From positions 1,120,001 to 1,184,000 of the forward strand of contig OY762825.2 of NCBI GenBank assembly GCA_963666425.2: a stretch of DNA of 64,000 bases. Direction: 5' to 3'. The first letter of the stretch is position 1. Every line of letters starts with the position of its first letter. The translations under genes and the position numbers were made by a program. The DNA is from Bacillota bacterium (GTDB lineage: Bacteria; Bacillota; JAAYKD01). Below the pieces are notes generated by a model, which worked only from the letters and a program-made list of their open reading frames with translations, was not told the origin of the DNA and made no database searches. Positions 53,742 to 64,000 of the stretch are shown here, in pieces.

Positions 53742-55277
53742 TTATTCCCACTCAATCGTGGCAGGCGGTTTTGAGGTGATATCATAAACAACACGGTTGA
53801 TTTCCGGCATTTCGTTGATAATACAGCCGGAGATTTTTTCCAATACATCGTATGGAATCCGCGCCCAATCGGCGGTCATGCCGTCCACACTGGTGACAGC
53901 ACGCACAACAATCGTTTGGCTGTAGGTGCGTTCGTCGCCCATCACACCCACCGATTGGATATTCGGCAGCACCGTAAAGCATTGCCAGATCACACGGTCA
54001 AGACCGGCATTGGTCAGTTCACGGCGCATGATATAGTCACTTTCACGCAGGATGCGCAGTTTTTCCAGGGAGAGCGCTCCCAGGCAGCGAATCGCCAGAC
54101 CCGGTCCCGGGAAGGGTTGACGATAAACCACTTTTTCCGGCAGACCAAGTTCTAAGCCCAGTTCGCGGACTTCATCTTTGAACAATTCTCTCAGCGGCTC
54201 AATCAGCTGGAATTTCATATCTTCCGGCAAACCGCCAACGTTATGGTGCGATTTGATGGTGGCGGCTGTTGCGGTTCCGCTTTCCACCACATCGGGATAA
54301 AGGGTTCCCTGCACCAAGTAATCAATTTCGCCCAACTTATTTGCTTCTTCTTCAAAGACGCGGATAAATTCAGTGCCGATGATTTTTCGTTTTTTCTCCG
54401 GTTCCGAGACGCCCTCCAATTGCTTGAGGAAACGCTCAGAAGCATCGACTGCCACCATTTTGATTTTCAGTTCCTCACGGAATAATTGAATTACCTGAGC
54501 GCCTTCGTCTTTGCGCAGCATACCATGATCGACAAAGACACAGGTGAGATTTTCGCCAATGGCACGATTGACCAAAGCCGCCGCTACGGAAGAATCGACG
54601 CCGCCGGACAAGGCGCAGAGCACCTTGCTGTCGCCAACTTTGGCTTTAATCCGTTCCACTTCTTCTTTGAGAAAATCGGCCATCGACCAATCGCCCTTTA
54701 AGCCGCAGATCTGAAAGAGGAAATTCTTTAAAATCGCCATGCCGTGTTCAGTGTGCGTCACTTCCGGGTGAAACTGCACACCATACAGCTTTTTCTCCGG
54801 CAGCGCCATTGCCGCTACGGGAGAGTTCGGCGATTGCGCCAGTACCTGCCAACCTTGCGGCACTTCTTCAATGTAAACGCCATGGCTCATCCAGCAACTG
54901 CTGCTTTCCGTGACATTCTGCCATAGCGGAGAAGCTGTGTGATTAATCTGCAGCGTCGTTTTGCCGTATTCCTTTTTCTCAGCGCGGCTGACCCGGCCGC
55001 CCAAAAGATACGCCATCAGCTGCATGCCATAACAAATGCCGAGAACAGGAATTCCCAGCGAAAATAAAGCAGGATCAACCATCGGCGCCTGATCTGTATA
55101 GACTGTGGCAGGACCGCCGGAAAGTACAATCGCTTGGGGTTCCAGGGCTTTCAATGCATCTATGTTGATATTATAAGGTTTGATTTCGCAAAAAACATGG
55201 CATTCCCGAATGCGCCTGGCAATTAGCTGCACATATTGGCCGCCAAAATCAAGAATAATGACGCGTTGATGTTTCAT
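53742..55277 (-). CDS. guaA: GMP synthase (glutamine-hydrolysing)
   Basis: [50 protein letters not shown]. Confidence 0.98.
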   Translation of the reverse strand: MKHQRVIILDFGGQYVQLIARRIRECHVFCEIKPYNINIDALKALEPQAIVLSGGPATVYTDQAPMVDPALFSLGIPVLGICYGMQLMAYLLGGRVSRAEKKEYGKTTLQINHTASPLWQNVTESSSCWMSHGVYIEEVPQGWQVLAQSPNSPVAAMALPEKKLYGVQFHPEVTHTEHGMAILKNFLFQICGLKGDWSMADFLKEEVERIKAKVGDSKVLCALSGGVDSSVAAALVNRAIGENLTCVFVDHGMLRKDEGAQVIQLFREELKIKMVAVDASERFLKQLEGVSEPEKKRKIIGTEFIRVFEEEANKLGEIDYLVQGTLYPDVVESGTATAATIKSHHNVGGLPEDMKFQLIEPLRELFKDEVRELGLELGLPEKVVYRQPFPGPGLAIRCLGALSLEKLRILRESDYIMRRELTNAGLDRVIWQCFTVLPNIQSVGVMGDERTYSQTIVVRAVTSVDGMTADWARIPYDVLEKISGCIINEMPEINRVVYDITSKPPATIEWE

Positions 55278-55399
55278 TGGTATCAGCCTTCCCTCTCTTT
55301 TTCTATGCAGCAATTATAGCATATCCGAACGTTGCTTGGCAAGTGTGTCTTGATTGTTCGCCAAAATCATTTTCTGGGAGAATTGCATTTTCCGCAAAT

Positions 55400-55442
55400 A
55401 AAAAACACCTTTCCGGCTCCGCAAGAGAGCAGGAAAGGTGTT
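55400..55442 (-). terminator. Terminator after groL
   Basis: AACACCTTTCC / GGAAAGGTGTT stem with a T-tract on the minus strand. Confidence 0.8.
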
Positions 55443-55481
55443 GATTCACTTTAACAGTAAACTGCTCTTGGCAGAGTCAGT

Positions 55482-57143
<1,662 letters not shown>

Positions 57144-57151
57144 TTATGCTT

Positions 57152-57439
57152 CTATTTGACGATGGCTAGAATATCCTTTTCACTCAAAATTAAATAGTCT
57201 TCACCGCTGTTTTTTACTTCACTGCCGGCGTATTTGGAATAGATCACACGATCGCCAACGCTGACTTCCAAGGCAACTTTTTGGCCGTTGTCCAGGATTT
57301 TACCGCTGCCGACGGCGACAACTTCGCCTTCCTGCGGTTTTTCTTTGGCATTACCCGGTAATACAATACCACTCGCCAATTTTTCTTCCTGAGGTAAAAC
57401 TTTAATTACAACACGATCTCCTAATGGTTTTAAGTTCAT
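57152..57439 (-). CDS. groS: Co-chaperonin GroES
   Basis: [38 protein letters not shown]. Confidence 0.98.
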   Translation of the reverse strand: MNLKPLGDRVVIKVLPQEEKLASGIVLPGNAKEKPQEGEVVAVGSGKILDNGQKVALEVSVGDRVIYSKYAGSEVKNSGEDYLILSEKDILAIVK

Positions 57440-57468
57440 CTGGAATTCCTCCTTCAATTTGATCGTTG

Positions 57469-57495
57469 TTAGCACTCTCAGCTGTTGAGTGCTAA
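57469..57495. promoter_or_regulatory. CIRCE operator (HrcA binding site)
   Basis: Perfect TTAGCACTC-N9-GAGTGCTAA upstream of groS. Confidence 0.97.
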
Positions 57496-57622
57496 CTTCT
57501 GCTCTTATGATAATCATCTTCCGGTCCTTAGGCAACCGCGATATTTAGCTTAATTCAGCCTAAATCGGACAATAATAACAAATTTTAGGCTTTTAAAATT
57601 TCAGTCTCTTGTTTCTTCCCGT

Positions 57623-58216
57623 TTAAACCCGTTCTCTCCCGTTTACGCCAAAAAAGCTATAAAATGCTAAATCCGTTAGCAAATAATCAATCGTTTGATC
57701 GTGCGGTTTTGGCTGCAATTTTTCTACCATCTGAAAATCATAGGCCAACGCCACCCGCACGGCATTCACCCGGCAGCGTAAGAGAAATCGATCGTAATAG
57801 CCGGCGCCATAACCCATGCGATTGCCCGTCCGATCAAAGACAGAACCCGGGATCAAAATGAAATCAAGCGCAGCCGGATCGACCCTCGTTGCCAGATTGT
57901 CCGGCGGCTCCAGTATACCATAATTACTGCTTTCAAGATCCGCCCAGGATTTGATTCTGTGCACCTCCAAGCGGCGGTCTTTGGGGTGACAGCGAGGTAC
58001 TACTACTTGCTTGCCGCTGGTCCAAGCCAGCTCAATCAGCGCTCGTGTATCAATTTCGCTGCGAAAAGAAACGAACAGCATCACGGTTTTGGCCTGCTGC
58101 CACTGCGGCAGTGCCGTCAGACGCTGTGTCACAGCAGCGGCTGCTGCTGCTCTCGCTTCGCCCGAGAGACTGTCACGCCGGCTTAAAATGCGGCTGCGCA
58201 GTTCCTTGTCCTCCAT
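57623..58216 (-). CDS. 5-formyltetrahydrofolate cyclo-ligase
   Basis: KELRSRI, SEIDT, YGILEP, PGSVFD..GNRMGYGAGYYDR, PHD. Confidence 0.93.
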   Translation of the reverse strand: MEDKELRSRILSRRDSLSGEARAAAAAAVTQRLTALPQWQQAKTVMLFVSFRSEIDTRALIELAWTSGKQVVVPRCHPKDRRLEVHRIKSWADLESSNYGILEPPDNLATRVDPAALDFILIPGSVFDRTGNRMGYGAGYYDRFLLRCRVNAVRVALAYDFQMVEKLQPKPHDQTIDYLLTDLAFYSFFGVNGRERV

Positions 58217-59268
58217 TACAGCACCTTCTTCTTTTCTTTCACAGCCGGCATCGCTTCGCCCAGCTGCAAATCCGGGTATGCATTCAAATAATAATCGGCT
58301 GTTTCGCCGCGCATGTATTTGTAATAACCGGCGGCAGCAATCATGGCGCCGTTATCTGTGCAGAGCGTCATAGATGGAACCGAGAAGGGAATTTGGTAGA
58401 GATCAGCCATTTCACGCATGGCTTTGCGCAGCGCTTGATTGGCTGCTACACCGCCGGCCAGCATAAAAGAAGCATAGCGCTGTTGGCCCATTTCTCTTTC
58501 CACATTAGCCAGCAAGGATTTCACCACCGTCTGCTGAAAAGAAGCAGCCAAATCAGCCAGATTTAAAACTTCGCCGTTTTGCTCCGCTTTATGGTGTAAG
58601 TTGATCACTGTCGTCTTTAAACCGCTGAACGACCATTCCCGATGTTCGTTGATGCTGGCCAAAGGCAGGGTATAAGCATTCGGATTCCCTTGTAAGGCCA
58701 GTTTCTCCACCGCGGGACCGCCGGGATAGGATAAACCCAAGACACGCGCCACTTTATCAAACGCTTCGCCGGCAGCGTCATCGCGGGTGCTGCCTAAAAT
58801 TTCCAGTTTGCCATGTTCGGGAATCCGAATCAAATCGGTATGTCCACCGGAAACCACCAGGCAGAGCGCCGGAAAGGGCAGGTCGGGATGTTCCAGGAAA
58901 TTAGCATAAATGTGGCCTTCCATATGGTTCACAGCCACCAAAGGTTTCTGTAAAGCGTAAGCCAGCGCTTTTGCAGTGGAGACACCCACCAATAAAGCGC
59001 CTACCAAGCCCGGTCCGCAGGTGACCGCAATGGCAGTTAAATCCTGCAAGGTGACCCCGGCTTCCTGCAGCGCTTCCGCAATCACCTGATTGACAACTTC
59101 CAGATGCTTGCGGGAAGCAATTTCCGGCACAACACCACCAAATAGACGGTGGATGGGGATCTGGGTAGAGATAAGATTGCTCAGCACTTTGCTGCCATTT
59201 TCCAGTATGGCCGCTGAAGTCTCATCGCAGGAGGTTTCCAAGCCTAAGATCAATTGACGGCTAGACAT
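58216..59268 (-). CDS. tsaD: tRNA N6-adenosine threonylcarbamoyltransferase TsaD
   Basis: LGLETSCDET, GGVVPEIASRKH, NHMEGH, VSGGHT, DDAAGEAFDK, CTDNGAMIA. Confidence 0.97.
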   Translation of the reverse strand: MSSRQLILGLETSCDETSAAILENGSKVLSNLISTQIPIHRLFGGVVPEIASRKHLEVVNQVIAEALQEAGVTLQDLTAIAVTCGPGLVGALLVGVSTAKALAYALQKPLVAVNHMEGHIYANFLEHPDLPFPALCLVVSGGHTDLIRIPEHGKLEILGSTRDDAAGEAFDKVARVLGLSYPGGPAVEKLALQGNPNAYTLPLASINEHREWSFSGLKTTVINLHHKAEQNGEVLNLADLAASFQQTVVKSLLANVEREMGQQRYASFMLAGGVAANQALRKAMREMADLYQIPFSVPSMTLCTDNGAMIAAAGYYKYMRGETADYYLNAYPDLQLGEAMPAVKEKKKVL

Positions 59269-59800
59269 CTTCTTCCTCCTCCTCCTTCTCTTCTTCCAGA
59301 AGCAGCCAGTCTTCCCGAATGGCACAGTCATTCATGTTGCGTTTCCAGAGAATCAGCGCATCTTCTTTGTTATCGGTATAATAGCCTTTGCGGCAGCCTT
59401 CTTCGACAAAACCAAATTGCTGATAAAGCCGCAGTGCCGGTAGGTTGCTGCGACGAACTTCCAGGGTGCAGGCGGAAATGCTGCAGCCGCGGGCGTTCGC
59501 CAATAAGACGGCGAGCAATTGCTTGGCTAGTCCCCGCTGCCGCCAGTCGGGATCGACTGCCACATTGGTAATATGGCCCTCATCAAAGATCAGCCAAATT
59601 CCGGCATAACCCACCACCAATTCCCCGGCCGTCACAACCAAATAGCGCGCCAAAGGGTTTCTCGTCAGTTCATCCTGAAAAGCGCTTCTGGGCCAGGGCA
59701 TGCTGAAACAACGCTGTTCCAAAGCCATCACCTGATCCAAATCTTCTGGTTTCATGGCGCGGATCAGAAACGCCTCCTGCATTTTTATCTCTTCATTCAT
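59261..59800 (-). CDS. rimI: Ribosomal-protein-alanine N-acetyltransferase RimI
   Basis: FSMPW, EGHITNVAV, TLEVRRSN, RKGYYTDNKEDA; tsaB-rimI-tsaD synteny. Confidence 0.92.
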   Translation of the reverse strand: MNEEIKMQEAFLIRAMKPEDLDQVMALEQRCFSMPWPRSAFQDELTRNPLARYLVVTAGELVVGYAGIWLIFDEGHITNVAVDPDWRQRGLAKQLLAVLLANARGCSISACTLEVRRSNLPALRLYQQFGFVEEGCRKGYYTDNKEDALILWKRNMNDCAIREDWLLLEEEKEEEEEDV

Positions 59801-60516
59801 GCTTTTTCCTGCTCCTCGGCCAGACGGGCTAAGCGTTTTACTTCCGCTTCCGATTGCCGTAAGTACTGCGGGCGCAGGGCAAACAGCGAAGTGTTTTTTC
59901 CCTCTTGCAGCTTGCGGTAACCCAGAGTCCCCAGCATCGCCGGACGCGGCAGACGCTGACAGTCGGGTGCCAGGCGGCTGCGTTCTCCCAATGCCTGCAG
60001 CAAGGGTTCCCGATATGTCTCCATGGCATCGCCGATCGGCCAAACAAGCTCAGAATAGGGTTCGATCATCGCAGCCAGCTCTGTCAGTTTACGCTGACAG
60101 GGTTCGATCAGGGTTTCCAACTGCTGGTCCCGGCGGCGATACAGGGCAGTATAAAATTCACCGCGTCTGGCGTCCAGCAACGGCAGAATCAAACCATTGC
60201 CGCCGGCAAATCCGGCAGCCCAGGCTTCCAGAGTCGATACGCCAACCAGCGGGCAATTTAGCCCCTGAGCCAGGCCTTTGGCCGTGCTCATGCCAATCCG
60301 TAAACCGGTAAAGGACCCAGGTCCTTCGGTCACCACAATCGCTTCAACCTGCGTGATGGCATAACCTGCTTCTTTTAAGAGAAAATCCAGGGCGGGCAGC
60401 AGGCGCTGCGAATGGGTCAATCCCGATGAGATGATACACTCCGCCAAGACGGTTTCATCCTGCAGCAAAGCCAAACCGGAATAACGGGTAGCGGCATCGA
60501 TGGCAATCAGCAGCAT
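59797..60516 (-). CDS. tsaB: tRNA threonylcarbamoyladenosine biosynthesis protein TsaB
   Basis: THSQRLLP, GPGSFTGLRIG, DARRGE, PQYLRQSEAE. Confidence 0.95.
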   Translation of the reverse strand: MLLIAIDAATRYSGLALLQDETVLAECIISSGLTHSQRLLPALDFLLKEAGYAITQVEAIVVTEGPGSFTGLRIGMSTAKGLAQGLNCPLVGVSTLEAWAAGFAGGNGLILPLLDARRGEFYTALYRRRDQQLETLIEPCQRKLTELAAMIEPYSELVWPIGDAMETYREPLLQALGERSRLAPDCQRLPRPAMLGTLGYRKLQEGKNTSLFALRPQYLRQSEAEVKRLARLAEEQEKA

Positions 60517-60971
60517 AACATCAACTCCTTCAACAAAGACTCATAAGGCGCACCAATGGCTATCCAGTCGTAATTCCGACCGTCTGGTGCATAAGAAATC
60601 GAAAGCTGCAGATACTCTGCCGGCAGTAAGCGCGGGAATAATCCCATCCATTCCACCAGCACAATCGCTTCGCCGTTCTGCAATTCATCCCAGCCAAGAT
60701 CGAGCACTTCTTCTTCCTGCTGCAGACGATAAAGATCCAGATGGTGCACTGTAAAACGGCTCTGATAGCTATGCAGTAAAGCAAAAGTCGGGCTTTGCAC
60801 CGGACGTTCAACGCCCAAAGCGGCTAAAACCGTCTGCGTAAACGTGGTTTTACCGGCACCCAATTCACCGTCCAAGGCAAGAAAAGCACCCGGAAAAAGC
60901 AAACCGGCCAATCGCCGGGCAATCTCGGTCATCCGGGCAACCGATACCGCTTCCTGATGCCATTCGATCAT
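60507..60971 (-). CDS. tsaE: tRNA threonylcarbamoyladenosine biosynthesis ATPase TsaE
   Basis: GELGAGKTT, VQSPTF, HLDLYRL, VEW; start at ATG 60971 after AGGAG. Confidence 0.95.
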   Translation of the reverse strand: MIEWHQEAVSVARMTEIARRLAGLLFPGAFLALDGELGAGKTTFTQTVLAALGVERPVQSPTFALLHSYQSRFTVHHLDLYRLQQEEEVLDLGWDELQNGEAIVLVEWMGLFPRLLPAEYLQLSISYAPDGRNYDWIAIGAPYESLLKELMLCC

Positions 60972-60991
60972 TTTTAGTCTCCTTTGCAGGT

Positions 60992-62299
60992 CTACTCGCC
61001 GGTGAATTTTTCCACATTGGCGCGGGGGACCGATAATAATTCCCCGTTGATGGAGAGTTCGTAAATCAATGTCTGCACACCGGACGGTAAAATTACTTCC
61101 TGTTCCGGATCGGCGGTGATTTTGCCAATCATCCCAAACCAAGGTTCGCGGATGATGCGTACCGTATCGCCAACCTGCAGTTCCTCCATCACAGAGACTG
61201 TCTTTTCTACTTCTGTGCTGACGGAGTCGTTTTCTCCCGCCGGCAGCGAAATTTCCGGACGAATCACACCGGCGCGAATCTGCGTCAGCCCGTTGATCGA
61301 AACCGTTTTTCCCTCATAAGCAGCAATGGTTTGGAAAACCTGCTGCCGCATTGGAATTTGACCCATTCCTTCCGTGATCACCAAAGTCAGCTTAATGCCC
61401 TGATTGATGATACCCGGTTTCACTTCGTGCCCCAGCAGCTGAACGATATCGCTATTATGCGCACCGCCGCAGATGATGCCTGCCACACCAACCTGCAGTG
61501 CCTTCTGCATCGCCTCATAGGTCAGCAAGGAACCGGTCAGAAGAATCTTGCCCTGATCCGCAGCCGTGATTTCTTTGGCGGCCAAAACATCCTGCGCCGT
61601 ATTGACGGCCTGACGCAGTTCACCCCAGGCTTCTCCGCCAATGCCAAATACCCCAGTCAGGCGGATCAGATCACTTTCCAGCACCGCGCCCAATTCAGGT
61701 ATGATTTCCGCCACATGCCCACTGACATAGGCAAAGGTTTGCGTCAGAACAAAGGGCCGCTTGATCGAGATGACAGCTCCGTCAATTTGGGTAATCACAC
61801 CGGCAATCGGCGCAAGCACCCGTTGATTGTCTTCATCCATCGCTAAGGTATCGCCCATCTGCAGCACATCACCCACCCGCACCTGAATGATGCGTTTGGC
61901 CAGCAAGACCGGCATATCAAATTCTTTGGCAATATTGACCTGACGCAGCGGTTCATCCGGATCGCCTTCCAAGCGCAAGGCAATCGTACCCAGCAAAGAG
62001 GAGATTTGTTCGATATTGCCATCGGCGGGCGCTTGGATTTCCATCGTCTGACCGTTATTGACCACACCGGCCAGGACTTGACCGGCTTTGACGCTCTCCC
62101 CTTCTTTGACAACAGCCAATTGCGGCATCATTGTTGGCGCCAGACCAAATTTCTCGGCGACCGGAATCAGAACAGGTTCCACCGGCTGCAGCTTTGTTTC
62201 AGCAATTAAGGTATTGGGGAACACCTGCTGGCCTTTTTCGACCAGGACTTTGCCGATGTTCGGCAATACCCGCGTAAATCTTTCTCGTTTGGCTTGCAT
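60992..62299 (-). CDS. Uncharacterised protein with repeated barrel-sandwich (biotinyl/lipoyl-like) modules and a C-terminal KOW-like motif; GlmL-associated
   Basis: Repeats GKVLVEKGQQV, VVKEGESVKAGQVLA...APADGNI, VRVGDVLQMGDTLA...APIAGVI; GVFGIGGE, VITEGMG, TQIRAGVIRPEI, VGDTVRIIREPWFG. Confidence 0.7.
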   Translation of the reverse strand: MQAKRERFTRVLPNIGKVLVEKGQQVFPNTLIAETKLQPVEPVLIPVAEKFGLAPTMMPQLAVVKEGESVKAGQVLAGVVNNGQTMEIQAPADGNIEQISSLLGTIALRLEGDPDEPLRQVNIAKEFDMPVLLAKRIIQVRVGDVLQMGDTLAMDEDNQRVLAPIAGVITQIDGAVISIKRPFVLTQTFAYVSGHVAEIIPELGAVLESDLIRLTGVFGIGGEAWGELRQAVNTAQDVLAAKEITAADQGKILLTGSLLTYEAMQKALQVGVAGIICGGAHNSDIVQLLGHEVKPGIINQGIKLTLVITEGMGQIPMRQQVFQTIAAYEGKTVSINGLTQIRAGVIRPEISLPAGENDSVSTEVEKTVSVMEELQVGDTVRIIREPWFGMIGKITADPEQEVILPSGVQTLIYELSINGELLSVPRANVEKFTGE

Positions 62300-64000
62300 T
62301 AAATTCCCCTCCCACTGATATCAACTTGCTCCAGCCAGGTTTTACTTTGCTGACGTTTTTTGGCAAGCGATTTTTCCCAACGCAAGTCCCGTCCGCGTAA
62401 ATCAACTATAATCCCCACCGAGCCGCCTTTGACGGTCTGATGGAAGGGTTTCCAGAATCCCCTGCCATAATTCAATTTGAGATGACCCGAAATCTCAACC
62501 TCGGCTTCTTCTCCTGCAGGCAACGGAATTACATGCAGCTGACCGAAACGCAGTTCGTGCTGCTGCGTTCCGGGTTTTTGTTTGATCGTAATCTTACCCA
62601 TTTTTTCCTGATTGAAACCATAACCGGTTGGCGCGATACAGCAGCCCAATGGCTGCAGACAGATGGTTTCCAGGATATTCAGCGCTGCCGCTTCGTTCAC
62701 TTGGCTGAACACGCCGGCATGCGGCAGCATAAACGAGTGATCCAGTGCCAATTCAGTGTAGCCTACCGGCAGGAAACCGTCGATCATCATCATAGCAGAC
62801 TGCATCGCCTGCGGCGCATGGGAAATCACCCCGCCGCTGCCAATCAGCAGATCAATATCACGGATGCTGAATAATTGGTGGGTACCAAAGGCATCTGCTG
62901 AGGCTTGTTTCCAATCGCCTTCCGGTTTATTGCCCCGCAAAGCAACCGCCAAATTAAAATGCTGTGCCAAAGAAAGCCGCAGCGCTTCCCGGGCCAGCGC
63001 CTGCTCCACCAGCAAAGCTTCCTTACTATAGGGCAGGGTGGTAGGACGCAGCATCTTGTTATGCAGCCAGTCGCGCACATCGGCTTCCGCCAGCGTTTCC
63101 GGTAGCCAGCGCAGGATATTTTCGACCCCCGCTTCCGCCAAAACGTGCATTGCGCTGTAGCTCATGCCCAAATTCGCACTGACCGTGCGATAGAACTCGC
63201 CGTTCACCACTGAAAAAACGTCGGTTGTCGCGCCGCCGATATCCATCGCCATCACGTTGCAGCCGCGCTTTTGCGCCAGCAATTGCAGCGATTTTCCGAC
63301 TGCGGTTGGTGTGGGCAGAATTGGCGCGGATACCCGCTGCTGCACCCCTGCATAGCCGGGCGCTTGGGTCATGACATGATTGAGGAAGACATCTTGAATG
63401 GCTTTACGGGTCGGCGCTAAATTTTCCTGGTCCAAAGCCGGGCGCAGATTTTCCACAAAACGAACATCCATATTCGTTTCGTTGTTTTCAAAATAAGGCC
63501 GCAATTCCGAATTGCCGGCAAAAATCAGCGGGATTTTCTCCGCTCCCAAACGGCTCTTCGGCGCTGCTTTAAAAAGGCCATCCGCCAAAACCGCTACTTC
63601 CAGTAAGGCGCCGCCCTCAATTCCACCGGCCATCAGTACCATATCCGGACGCAGTTCACGGATTCTGGCAATCCGGCTGTACATTTCCAAACCATCATCC
63701 TGCGCCATCACATCCAAAATCACCGCTCCGGCACCCAGCGCCGCGCGTTCCGCCGATTCTGCCGTCATACCTTTAACCAAGCCGATGACCAGCATCTGTA
63801 AGCCACCGCCCGCGCTGCTGGTTGCCAGCAAGCCGTCCAATGCGTTGGGATTCGTCTGCAAAAAAACCTTTTCATCGCTGAGCGGCAAATTTAAGCCTGC
63901 TTCCAACCGGTTTACGGCTTGGAACAGCCCTAATTTAACATCGTTGTAAGGTGCCTCTACCGTTGTAGGCGCGTCAGCGCCGCCTAAAAGCCTGACTTCG
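62299..64000 (-). CDS. Glutamate mutase L (GlmL/MutL)-like actin/ASKHA-fold ATPase; 5' end lies outside the window
   Basis: TSSAGGGLQM, MTAESAERAALGAGA, ILPTPTAV, DIGGATTDVFS, RTVSANLGM, IGSGGVISHAP; the frame stays open to the window edge (APTTVEAPYNDV). Confidence 0.8.
   Translation of the reverse strand, partial: EVRLLGGADAPTTVEAPYNDVKLGLFQAVNRLEAGLNLPLSDEKVFLQTNPNALDGLLATSSAGGGLQMLVIGLVKGMTAESAERAALGAGAVILDVMAQDDGLEMYSRIARIRELRPDMVLMAGGIEGGALLEVAVLADGLFKAAPKSRLGAEKIPLIFAGNSELRPYFENNETNMDVRFVENLRPALDQENLAPTRKAIQDVFLNHVMTQAPGYAGVQQRVSAPILPTPTAVGKSLQLLAQKRGCNVMAMDIGGATTDVFSVVNGEFYRTVSANLGMSYSAMHVLAEAGVENILRWLPETLAEADVRDWLHNKMLRPTTLPYSKEALLVEQALAREALRLSLAQHFNLAVALRGNKPEGDWKQASADAFGTHQLFSIRDIDLLIGSGGVISHAPQAMQSAMMMIDGFLPVGYTELALDHSFMLPHAGVFSQVNEAAALNILETICLQPLGCCIAPTGYGFNQEKMGKITIKQKPGTQQHELRFGQLHVIPLPAGEEAEVEISGHLKLNYGRGFWKPFHQTVKGGSVGIIVDLRGRDLRWEKSLAKKRQQSKTWLEQVDISGRGI

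Noticed and set aside
59261-59300. Acidic tail of RimI and Arg/Lys-rich N-terminal extension of TsaD
   Set aside because: One purine-rich tract containing the tsaD RBS; the TsaD extension is an artefact of longest-ORF calling.

Overview
The window looks like chromosome from an anaerobic Firmicute (Bacillota); this rests on the CIRCE element, sigmaA-type promoters and the gene content. From left to right it holds: the end of a glycine-cleavage/lipoate operon (gcvPB-lplA-lpdA); an MFS transporter, an Fpg/Nei-like gene, dpaL and a CyuA-like desulfidase; an unexplained array of four co-varying ~72-bp hairpins; a complete minus-strand 16S-23S-5S operon; a ~16-kb hypABFCDE plus membrane-bound group-4 [NiFe]-hydrogenase operon with a complex-I-like membrane arm; and a small MarR stress cluster. 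An ~18-kb defence island lies next to the 3' end of guaA. It carries a Type I R-M operon with a HEPN-motif gene and a SieB-like membrane gene between hsdS and hsdR, a duplicated hsdR start stub, fic, a rhuM pseudogene, a 1166-aa HD + HSP90-type ATPase protein, a decayed ICE module hit by IS30 and IS21, and a frameshifted 2TM-PD-(D/E)XK gene. Housekeeping genes follow (guaA, groESL, tsaEBD/rimI), and an orphan GlmL/MutL-like ATPase with a partner gene sits at the right edge. All family calls come from reading motifs by eye; no database searches were run.
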